This document shows, piece by piece, positions 26,980 to 38,200 of a DNA stretch of 64,000 nucleotides. The notes beneath the pieces were generated by a model, which worked only from the letters and a program-made list of their open reading frames with translations, made no database searches and was not told the origin of the DNA. The stretch is from Epiperipatus broadwayi (lineage: Eukaryota; Animalia; Onychophora), in the NCBI GenBank assembly GCA_028023455.1, contig JAQFVV010000011.1, forward strand, positions 2,232,001-2,296,000. Reading direction: 5' to 3'. Positions within the stretch are counted from its first letter, which is position 1. Each line of letters begins with the position of its first letter. Made by a program: the position numbers and the translations under genes.

Positions 26980-27649
26980 AAATATCAATATTTTTATATC
27001 TTTAAAACTTTTATTCTTGCTCTATAGCTTTTGAACTATATTTTTCATATCTCATTATTATTATTTTTATATATTTAATATATCATTTGAATATTTTAAA
27101 ATTATTTTCACGAGTCATTTTTTTTTTTTTTTGCATATCTAGATTTGTCTCAAAATATTTACTAGACTTGCTTTAGTAAAGAAACTTATCAGAATCAAAA
27201 ACAGGCATAGTTGCAGTAAAAACCTGAAAGATCTCTAGATATAGGGGTATGTTACAGATACAGTGATTATTGTGAAATGATTTTAATAAATAAACAATTT
27301 AATGGTGTATTACTGAGGAATTCACAAGAAATTCAAATACCAAAAGTGCCATTTTATCATGCAAGCAAACCATGTAGAGTAAAAAAAAAAAATCAAAAGA
27401 TTTATTATTCAGGAATTCATAAGAATTTTGAGCACTGGAAATAATAAACTTGAATATGTGATCCACAGATCTTCAGATTTAGAACCTTTCACTTTACCTT
27501 TGCAATAAACAATGAGATACATTGGTTTTATTGAAGAACTCTAATTCTTAATCACTCATTGATTTGAGTTCAGATAGAAAGTATAAATTAATAAATTATA
27601 AATTTAATTAATTGCACTGAGCCAGCTTTTAGCAAAACACTGCTAAAAT

Positions 27650-27950
27650 ATCATACTGCTGAATAAAGTTATGCAGTACAGGTAGCTTATATAATTGATA
27701 TGATGTAATATGTTAATGAGGCACAATATGCAAATAAGGCCATTAGATATCGAACAATGGAACACATGAATCCTTTTTGTTGATGGAATGTGGATCCTTT
27801 GCAATTGCCCAAACCTCTGTACTTTCCTATTGTCTCTTTTCGAGAAAATTGTTCTAACATCAAATAGAGAAAACATGTGACCCTTAGCATGTTTTGTTGA
27901 AAGTTGCCTCAGTGTAATTAATGAGTTTATGTTTATTAATTTATACTGTT
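27650..27950 (-). pseudogene. Possible decayed Mutator-like (MULE) transposase fragment
   Basis: Translation CKGSTFH...IVRYLMALFAY loosely resembles the MULE KGCxFH...RxLMALAF pattern. Short and gapped. Confidence 0.2.
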
Positions 27951-28257
27951 TCATCTGAATTCTAAGTCAACTAGTGCTTAACAAATACATACTTTCATGA
28001 AAAGAATTAATATGTTGAGATTAAAGAACTAGTCTTAATTTTTTTTTTTAATTTATAAAATTTCATAAAATAAAGAAAGAAATATACTAAAAACTACTTA
28101 TATTGATTCATATTTAGTGTAAATGTGAGCATTTCTTCTGTGTTTATTTTATAATCTTTATATATAATATATAGGGGTTTGAACTCTCACTTTCACAAGA
28201 CCCTCAACCATCCATGCTATCTCATACCGCTGATACACTTGATCACACACATGTTGA

Positions 28258-28331
28258 AAAGATAAATAATCACCAATACATGTATTTCATGCTAAAACAG
28301 CACTCGTCAATTGGTCCAGATTTTCATTTCT
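28258..28331 (-). ncRNA. Hammerhead motif A2 copy 1 (core mutated, TTGACGA)
   Basis: accaa TTGACGA gtgctgttttagcat GAA ATACATGT A ttggt. The C3-to-U change is predicted to inactivate it. Confidence 0.7.
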
Positions 28332-28744
28332 ACACATATATACAATCAAAGATCAGCTTATATTAAGATAGCCAATTTTTATACTTTAAGGGTCAGGCTT
28401 CAAACCACTCCACCCCACAACTTTTTAGCCATCCATTTCATTGAAAATCTGATGATGGAATGCTCAAATCCCACCTCAGTGCCAACCTTCTTATCCTACC
28501 CATGTTGGCCACAAGCTACTCTGACCCTTCATGTACAGGACATAATCCATTTATATATTTATATGAGGGATGGACAGACCTTAAAGCACTATATTTTGAA
28601 ATATGAATTTTTTCTGCAGCGCGGGTTTTTTCATACCTGCATTTCTATATGTAATATATAGGGGTTTGTACTCAGACTTTCACAAGACCCTCAATCATCC
28701 ATGCTATCTCATAGTGCTGATACACTTGATCACACACATGTTGA

Positions 28745-28818
28745 AAAGATAAATAATCACCAATATATGTATTTCATGCTAAACCAGCACTCATCAGTTG
28801 GTCCAGATTATCATCTCT
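28745..28818 (-). ncRNA. Type I hammerhead ribozyme A2 copy 2
   Basis: agagatgataatc-tgg-accaa CTGATGA gtgctg-gtt-tagcat GAA ATACATAT A ttggt-gattatttatcttt. The core is intact and stem I is long with a 3-nt bulge. Predicted AUA cleavage is between 28764 and 28763. Confidence 0.88.
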
Positions 28819-29231
28819 ACACATATATACAATCAAAGCTCAGCTTATATTAAGCTAGGCAATTTTTATACTTTAAGGGTCAGGCTTCAAACCACTCCAC
28901 CCCACAACTTTTTAGCCATCCATTTCATTGAAAATCTGATGATGGAATGCTCAAATCCCACCTCAGTGCCAACCTTCTTATCCTACCCATGTTGGCCACA
29001 AGCTACTCTGACCCTTCATGTACAGGACATAATCCATTTATATATTTATATGAGGGATGGACAGACCTTAAAGCACTATATTTTGAAATATGAATTTTTT
29101 CTGCAGCGCGGGTTTTTTCATACCTGCATTTCTATATGTAATATATAGGGGTTTGTACTCAGACTTTCACAAGACCCTCAATCATCCATGCTATCTCATA
29201 GTGCTGATACACTTGATCACACACATGTTGA

Positions 29232-29305
29232 AAAGATAAATAATCACCAATATATGTATTTCATGCTAAACCAGCACTCATCAGTTGGTCCAGATTATTA
29301 TCTCC
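29232..29305 (-). ncRNA. Type I hammerhead ribozyme A2 copy 3
   Basis: Core and proximal stems are identical to copy 2. Predicted cleavage is between 29251 and 29250. Confidence 0.88.
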
Positions 29306-29979
29306 ACACATATACAATCAAAGCTCAGCTTATATTTAAATTTATTTCAATTCAAAGTGCACAAAAACCATCAATGGTCGATTACAGAATGTACATTAAA
29401 ATAATAATAGTAGTAACAAAAACATTATAACTGACAAAATAATAAAAAGGTATAGATAAAAATGAGAAAATTTAAAAAAAATGACATGACAAATGTATGG
29501 GTAATGAGATCACAAATCGAATTTTAGTTTGCAGAACTAATTAAAATCAAAATGAAGATATTGTTTGTCATAAATTCCTTATTATAAGTGCTGATTACAC
29601 AAAATATAAGAGAGAACCTGAGAGCATTTGAGCAACAAGAAATTAGATCTAGAAGTCTTATGTGATCAAGTATAGTATTGAGATAAATGGGAAGATATAC
29701 TTGAAAGTCAATCTGAGGTAATTGTAATTTGGAGATGATCTTGTATAAAAATATAATGACTCTGACTTTACTTTTTTATAATAAGGAAATGTTAAAACTA
29801 TCAGCAAAATAATTAATTATATTTAATGTTGTTGTGTTTGGCTTTTTACAGGTTGGTTCCCAACCAACAGAAAAAGTAATGACAAACTACTCAGCAAGCA
29901 ATTTGTATAATTTATTAGTTACAAAAAATACACACACATTAGTTAATCAATAATATAAATATAGTTTATACAATTAATG

Positions 29980-30470
29980 ATGAGATAGTCATACCAAGTG
30001 ATGAAACTCACTTCCAGCTATATAATTAGCCTGCCTCATGAGTTCAAGTAAAACTTTTCCAGCTGTACTGGACAGCTTGCCTCAAGTCAGCTCTAGTTCA
30101 GACTCTTCCAGCTGCACTCAGTCAGCTTGCCTCGAGTCGACTGCAGACGTAGCAGTTTCCCATCCTAGGTGGATTTGGCTCACTGCGGAGATGTCACTGT
30201 AATGACTAGTGAAGACATCCTTGCTGTAGGAAGAGATTTCACTGGAGAGCACATTCAGTCGTTCAGGTTGACAGAAGTTAATACTCTCTGCCTTGCTTCC
30301 AAAAAGGCTGACTATTTATTGTCAGATCCCCTTCCTTACTGGAAACACTCAGATTCAGAGGGCGAACCCCAATGAAGGATTTATCCCCATAGGATAGCAG
30401 TCAGGTGCTAGCCAATCAGGCAAGAAATCCGGAATAGTCCGCTTCTGAAGGGAAGATCAGATATGATAAA
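29980..30470. other. GC-richer island with internal ~50-bp imperfect repeats; unknown TE, LTR-like or exon
   Basis: TTCCAGCT...GCTTGCCTC is repeated 2-3 times at 30008-30135, and composition contrasts sharply with the flanks. Confidence 0.35.
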
Positions 30471-31322
30471 TGTATTTGGAAAACATAAATTGAATTTCAC
30501 CTCTTTTAGCATTTATATTCTTATTTGTAATGACTCATTAAACTTTTATATTTATTTAAAAAAACCAAAATAAAATAGTCTTTAAGTACCTCACTTCATT
30601 TTAACCATCTAAATATAATGCTTATGCTTGCCAAGCTAGACAACTTTCAGGTATGAAGATGTTTCACTATAACTAACAATAGCTGGATATCTAATTAAAA
30701 TTATTACTAATTAAATGGATGTGTTGGCTATGGTCCAAATAGCTGAAAAATTCTAAGCTTTAGAGTTTCTTGACTGCCTAGCATGGATACACTAATCACT
30801 GTATCATAAAATCTTTCAAAACGACTTAAACTTATAGATTTAATCATTTATGTCAAATTTAACAATATATTTATTTTGTTAAACAATTTCTAAAGTTTTT
30901 AATATATATATGTGAAGAATATACTTTTTATAACTTACTTTTAAAAAAAGAAACCATTAAAATAATAATAAAGATATGTCTAACGTTGCAAACAAAACAA
31001 AAAAAAATAGACATTAAAATAAATGTTTCAGAAAATTAAAAATTAAATTGTTATTTTTTTATTTCCTTGCGATTAAAAAATAAATTTAGAAACTCTAAAA
31101 TGTTACAGACAATAAGTTCAGAACTTCCTAAAAACAATCTGACAATAATAATTTATGAAAACGTTATTGATGGAAAATTAGACTTTATCAAAAATATGAT
31201 TACATATAAAATAAATATATTATGCAGTGTGTCACATATATAAGTCTACAAATTCATCATTTTTGCGAAGAAAAGAATGAGGCCATAATCTACTTGAGAT
31301 TACACATATTAAAACTCTTTTT

Positions 31323-31420
31323 TCCCATGTGTCATAGCATCGGCCGGGACGCGAACCCGCTAACCCGTAACAACTACTTGTAAGGCGGCTGTGCTGACCT
31401 CTCGACCACCACCGCTTGAC
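31323..31420 (-). mobile_element. tRNA-Gly-derived SINE with 15-bp TSD
   Basis: TSD ATTAAAACTCTTTTT at 31308-31322 and 31421-31435. The minus strand starts GTCAAGCGGTGGTGGTCGAGAGG. Confidence 0.9.
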
Positions 31421-32094
31421 ATTAAAACTCTTTTTACTTTTTGTTTTAGATAAGAGTGACTTGTAGAGGTGTCAACTTAATTACTATGTAGCAAAGAAGT
31501 ATCTCATAGTAATGTTATCACTTAATGGTTTAATGAAGTTTTAAATTATGCATGCATGCATTTTTCACCAATTTGCATTTAACTTATAATTCAAAAAATT
31601 ATGCTAACTATTATTAAGTAGTAGTCTATTTTCAGTGTTGGTATGTAGTATGTTGTTTTTCCAAATTGTATAGCATAAATACATTTTTGTATTTATTATT
31701 TCTGTCTTATCTATGTAAAATTTTTGTGATGATTAAATGCCACTTATATCTAGTACTTGTGATAAAAGAAAAGTAATAAACATCTTATTTTAATTATTTT
31801 TTAAACTTAGTTAATTTATTATAATAATATCTTTTAATTTACTGTACTTAATATAATCCATGAAGTAATTAATAAAATTATTTAATTAAAATAGTGTATA
31901 CTTGTGCTTATTTATTATGAAAAAGACAACATGTTAAATAATTGTAAATTTCATAAAGGGAATTTTTTACAAATATATATATAGACTAAGAATTATTTCA
32001 TCTACATATTGAAAAACATCCCAGTTCAATTACATCATTACTTATGTATAATTGCATCACAATGTTACTAAGTAATTACAAATAAAACCACTAA

Positions 32095-32990
32095 AACACC
32101 ACATGATCACCATTTCCTATGCATACACAAGCTGTTAAAACAGTAGCAACTCTCCACATAACAATGCCACTGGGGGCAATCTATAATAATCAATGGATTC
32201 TAGAAGGTTTGTGCATAAAATCCCTATCTAATACCTATTCATTGAATATTCAGAGACTGATTTCTAGTTTATAACTTTCATCAGTGAGAAGCCTGGGAGA
32301 TGAGAACACTGCACTTACATCTTAGGATCTTTTGCAATCCTCCAGGCTTTTACTTACTTAGTTAATTACAAAGCTATGAGCCCAAGATGAATTCACAATA
32401 ATGTTTTCAATCCAAACATTGACTGATGAAGGCATAAGCTAGAAACTAGTCTTGAAGATATTGGATGAGTTAGACATGAGATAGGAATTTTATGACAAAC
32501 CTTCTAACATATATTAATTACTGTGGCAATGCACTAGGTAGCTCTACTGTATGGAAAAGTTGGTTATTACTGTTTTAACAACTGGTGTAAGCATAACAAT
32601 CTTTAAGTGGTTTTATAACAACCACACTCATAGAATGATGATTACTGTGGTTAATAAAAAACCAAAGATACCAAAGTATATAGTTATTAAACTGGGTTCA
32701 AATAAGTATGACTATACAAGTGAATAAGCTTGGATTGAATATTGGGCTCATAGCTTTACAGTTAACTAAATAGATAAGAGGTAGTTGCTAGAAATTTGCA
32801 TGATCCTAAGATCTAGGCACAGTGCTCTCAGATCCAAGATTTCTCACTGCTAAAAGCCACAAGCTACAAACTAGTATGGGAACATTGGATTAATAGGTCT
32901 AGATAGAGATAATATGCACAAACCTTTTACCATTTATCAATTACTATGGCTTGTGCTGGGTATCACTATTATATTTTTCTACAATACTTT
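32095..32990. mobile_element. Family C retrozyme-like inverted insertion with three HHR motifs
   Basis: The minus arm (32095-~32420) has CTGATGA at 32284-32278. The plus arm has CTGATGA(32423) aggcataagcta GAA ACTAGT C and a decayed repeat 425 nt later (32847-32876). Confidence 0.8.
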
Positions 32991-33849
32991 TAACCTGTTA
33001 ATTCTGCTTACTATATGATTTAATTATCTTATTTGATGGTTTATGAATCTTACAAAATTTTTTTTCAAGTTTGACAATAATTTAGATACAATTTTCTTTC
33101 ATTACTTTCAATATTTATTTGTAGAAAATGTCTTTAAAAAAATTTTCTTTTTACAAATCATTTGAAACATTTTTTATGTTTCATAATTACCCTTTAACCA
33201 TTTCATTTACACACTTGGAAAATATGCCATTAAATAACTATATAAGAATGCCATATTTAACTATGTTATTTAGGTGGTCCAATTACCTTGGCAAACATAA
33301 ATAACTTTTCTATTTTATTTTATTACAAAATTATGCATGAGCTTGCATTTGCATTCAGAACGTGAATAATATCAAAAATAGCTAACACCCCTTTCCTCTT
33401 TTGTTTAGGATAAGAATTCAATATAGAACACACATAAATACAATTTACCTAACTAATAGTTATTCAATTTAACTGGTTTTTTAAATATGATATAGCAACA
33501 TCAATATTTCTGTCTTATCTAGTTTTAACCTTGCTAATTTGCACTTCTTCCTATGTTTTTTTAGCTTTTGTTCTAATCATCAGTATTATGACTCATTTCT
33601 CAATAATCACAATATATAATTTCCTCTGCCCTGATATTTTTTTAAAAAAAATTTCCAATCTTATTTATAACTTTACTTTTCAAATCTTATTCAGTTCTTC
33701 CCTACATCCATATTTCATTTTCTAAATGCTTTTTTTTCTTTAAAACAAGTAATTGAATGGTGTAATGACAAGCACTAGGAATGATAGTGTTGAGATGCAA
33801 TCCATAGATCACAAATTCCAGAATCTGCCACTTCACCGAACCACACTTT

Positions 33850-34215
33850 ACTTTTAAATTACCAATTCTAGTTAAAGATAGAAGTGCCTGCGGTTATTGA
33901 AAACCCTAAGATACCAAAATATATATAAATGCTGAACTGGATTTAGATATGTATGATTATATTGGCAAATTAGCTTGGATTGAAACCATTATTGAGATGA
34001 TATCTTTATAGTTAATCAAAAAGGTGAGCTGCTGGTGGGGTACATTAGGTCTAAAAGTCCAGATGGTTTGTTTCCAAATCCAAGACTCAAAATCATGAGC
34101 TAGAAATTAGTATAAGGATTTTTGGACAGTAATCACTGGATAGGGAATTAAAATGCACAACCTTCTAGTGTCTATTGATTACTAGAGCTTGCACTAAGTG
34201 TGGCATTAATTGTGC
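33850..34215 (+). mobile_element. Family C copy with HHR core deleted
   Basis: Colinear with 32640-32990. It retains GCTAGAAATTAGTA but lacks the CTGATGA segment. Confidence 0.6.
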
Positions 34216-34987
34216 GGAAATTTTTTTTTTGCTATACTTGTCATTTCATTAGTTTCTTCCTGTAATATAAAGAGCTTATTAATGTTTCTGATGTAGTTCT
34301 AGATATTGAGATCCCATAATGAATTGAAAAGTATTGAGCTAATAAACTAACCCAAGTGTTATCACTTAATTATTATATTCTATGCTTTTGAGCAGAGAAC
34401 TTATCATATAAACATTTCTTAAATAATCCCACTGATATCAAAATAATAACTTATGTAACATTTATAATTTATTTTTAATCTTCTTTTTAGTCTCCCAAAT
34501 ATCTGGATTATTTAAATCCATTTGTTAATCATATTTTAAAAATATATTTCAAATATTTTTTATGATATATATATATTAGAAACAAAATTTGTTCATGAAT
34601 AATTGATTCTAGAAAAATATCAAGATCTATTTTCCATAGGAATAATGCTAAATAATAATGCTTAAATAATCCCATAAAATAATGAGTGTGTTATTTATTT
34701 TTATTTATTTGGCAATAATATATATATATATGCAATATATGAGTAGTATTAGACTGCTGTGTTACTTGTATATACATATAAAATAAGAATTATTAATTTT
34801 AAAAAAATATGAAGTTAAGGTTTATTTATCCCTTCATATTCAGTTTAAAACAACAACAAACAAACATCATATTGCTTGTTTTGTTTCTAGATTTTTACCA
34901 ACTGTAATTTTATCTTTATACTTAGAAATACATAAATGAAGTTAGTTAAAAAAAAAATCTATTACTATAAAGCACTGAAAACTTCCA

Positions 34988-35224
34988 AATTATTCAAACG
35001 GAAGTCAATCTCCAATAATGCGCTATTTCTTAAATATAAATTTCCATGCACTTGCCCACTGATAAGAGTTTAAAAAATTTAAGTGAATCACTTAAGTTTA
35101 GAGCATACATTCTATATACACCAACTCTTAACCATGCTTAAACTCTTACCAGCAGGCAAGGGTGTTGAAATTTATATTTAAGAAATAATGCATTATCAGA
35201 GATTGACTTCCGTTTGAATAATTA
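34988..35224. repeat. Fold-back element, ~95-bp inverted arms
   Basis: AATTATTCAAACGGAAGTCAATCTC... / ...GAGATTGACTTCCGTTTGAATAATT, with a ~50-bp spacer. Confidence 0.85.
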
Positions 35225-38200
35225 CAAAAAAGATACTAGCAATGAAGATATGGCATTATCTTTCAGGCTTTTGCTGTTGCAAATTGAATATGACAGCTAA
35301 CTTTTTTTGATAGCTTCAGCAATTAGAAATGTATTTCATCTGGATATGCTTTTGCAGAATTTTTATTTGTATTATGTTTTTTTTTTTTATTTGAATTGTT
35401 TTAAAAACAGTCTTGCTTTCAATTGGTTTTACCTTTTAGTTGTTGCAAATCCTATTGGTAGTCTTAGGTATGTGACTATTTTAAAATGCTTAGGTTAATA
35501 TTTATATTACGTTAACTTTTTCATAACTTCTAATCTCAAATTTAGGAATAAATATTATATTTTATATTAAGCTTAAAAAAATTATTGCAGTACAAATATC
35601 TAATATGATATTATTGCAAATGGTTATTGCTTTTTTTGAGCTATGATAATGAGTGATGGTTTCACTTTCTAAGCTTCCTGTCTTAAAGGTTTATTCAGCC
35701 ATCATCACTGAAGAATGTGTTCACTGCAGATGCACTAAGTGATGACATTCTGGGTACAACACATTTCCCTATTAATTAGACTCATTTTACATATATATGA
35801 TAAAGAACAATATTTTAAAACAAATAATAAGTTCTACTTGCAGTTATACTAACAATAAAATGGCTTGTTTTTATCAATATATTAGTTTAAACTGCAAAGA
35901 TTTTTAAAGTTTATGATATACGTTTAAAAGATAGGTATTGGAAAAAATTAAGTTAAGGGATTGTCAACAATGATGATAAAATACTATTAGTCAATCAACG
36001 TTTCTTCTTATCATCCATACATTTTATCCTTTTTAGCATTAAAACTTTACATACACATATGTTTACTTTTATAACAATTATTAAATATTATAATAAAAAA
36101 CAACGATAATGTTTTAAGCATTAATGTGATTTTTAATGACTTAAAAGTGAACTATAAACACTAAAGCTTACGATACTGTCTTTACAGTAATAAAAACATT
36201 TCTCATCAGCTTTACCATTCATAATTTACATTTCACTAATTGTCTACTGCTCTAACATTACGTCTTATTTTACATTTAATCAGATAAAAAGGAATTTGAT
36301 GCTCAGTATATTTAGCTCATAAATATCTCCTAGTGTAATGATAGCATATATGCCTGCCATTTTTGTAACCTGCATTTGAATCCAGGAGAGGTTTACTTTT
36401 AGTTAGATGATGCTTAACTAATTTAGTCAGCCAATCCACATCAATCAGTAAATGGATATCTAACTATTCTTAACCAGAGGTAAAACAAAGATAAGAATGC
36501 TTTGACCCTCATCACCAGGAATTGACTAAATAAGCAAATGCTTTCTCTTTCTTTGCACCTTTATGAAAGGTTGTTGGTGAATCTCTGCCTTGCAGTTAGG
36601 TTATTTAAAAGTTGTCTTATATATATATCATTAAAAAACAGTCATCATTTAGACAATCCCAATATCATTATAATCAACAATTTTAAATTGTTGTCAAGGC
36701 AACTTCCTTTTAATACTTCAAGTAATCTATGTGGTAGAGTACAATGAGCATGACAGTGACAATCATAATTGCCATTAGCAGTTGTCACTTGCTGTACGAT
36801 ATTAATTGAAAATCTCATAGTCTGAGCTATATCATTGCACTTTAATGAGTTCTAAAATCACAAATTATTGAATCTTATAACATTATTAAAATACATCCAT
36901 ATATACATAAATTGATTTTCTCAAACAATAACATTACACCTAATTAAATCATCAATAGTAAATTTGCAAAACTTTGTCTACATATTAAAATAACCAAGCA
37001 TAATGTCACATCAAAGCTGTGTAAGTTAGCATTGGTGATTTATTTGGTTCTTTATGCTAAACTTTGTTATTGTTTATAGCAAGATTGAATAATAAGTAAT
37101 TATCAGATAATTTGCCTTTATCATTGAGGTTTGGGATTCAAAGCTGAAAGTAATGCAATATATATATATAGAAAGAATATTAAATTTTCACTTTGAATCT
37201 TAAGCCTCATTTATAAAAACAGAAACCAATCCCCAATCTTATGATGGAAACTTAAATCACTGCTATCTGGTAATTAATGATTACTCAATTCCTACCATAG
37301 GTGGTGCTAAAGCAGAGAACTGCTCTTGTGTGACTTGGTGTGCAAGATAAAGAATTGATTTACTATTATTAATACCGAACTTTGTTTATGATAATTAGTT
37401 TATATGCTTTCAGTTTAGTTTTGATCACATTAATTTAAGGTAAATATATGTATATATGTCGAAAAATAAAACAGGTGTAGGTATTTCAGATATACTAATG
37501 TTTTAGATAGTATAAGCCAGAGTAGACTTTTGAAATTATTTACTCATTTGATCTAACAGAACTGTTACAATCCTGTGATTGTAAAAACATTACTTACTAA
37601 AATTATGACTAGTAAACACTAAAATGTTTTTTTTTTTTAAAAGGCAGATTTCATCAGCAATTCCTCATAGAGTAGCAGTTAAGAAAAATGCATTATTCAC
37701 CGATCAATGATGAATGGTTAGTTGGGCTGATTTATAGATCAGCTACTGAAAAAAAATTATAAGCCTAATAAATCAGTTTGGATTTGAACCCAGATCACAC
37801 ATGTGGCAAATAAATTGCATTATCACAAGACTCTTTAAAACTACGACAATTCGTCTTTACTCTTAACCCAATAGGAATTCAACATAAAAACAAATAAAGA
37901 TCAAATAAAATTTAGCTCAAAATTAAAACAAAATTACAAAATAAGATTATCTTTTGTTTATTTAAAATCTTCATTATATTATAGCTTCTATTAAATTTAA
38001 TAAAATGAAAAATACTACCTTTAGTCAGATAGAAATGCATGTTTATTTCAACACAATAATTCACATCATGGTTTATTATTTTCAAAGCAATTTTGATGAT
38101 ATTACGACTTGAATGATATTGTTTTTAATCACAGTTAATGAATGACAATACATGATAGAGTACAATGATATCGGAGGACCCTCTCATTCTAACAACTGTA

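Larger units (their letters stand above)
28158..29337 (-). mobile_element. Family A2 tandem retrozyme array, 487-bp unit x ~2.4, three HHRs
   Basis: ATAGGGGTTTG recurs at 487-bp spacing. HHR cores lie at 28304-28310, 28791-28797 and 29278-29284, exactly 487 apart. Confidence 0.9.

Noticed and set aside
17368-28455. Other CTGATGA hits (17368-17374 -, 19249-19255 -, 28449-28455 +)
   Set aside because: There is no stem II plus GAAA at a suitable distance. The 19249 hit is a (TGA)n tail.
28764-28830. Type III hammerhead fold for A2 using upstream ATATATGTGT as stem III partner
   Set aside because: Stem I would not close next to CUGAUGA. The type I fold gives a long stem I. It may still be a competing fold.
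28311-29430. Duplicated 116-aa ORFs and an 80-aa ORF
   Set aside because: They are antisense to the ribozyme strand of a tandem repeat, have no domain, and the frame is not evident in the homologous 19.5-kb copy.
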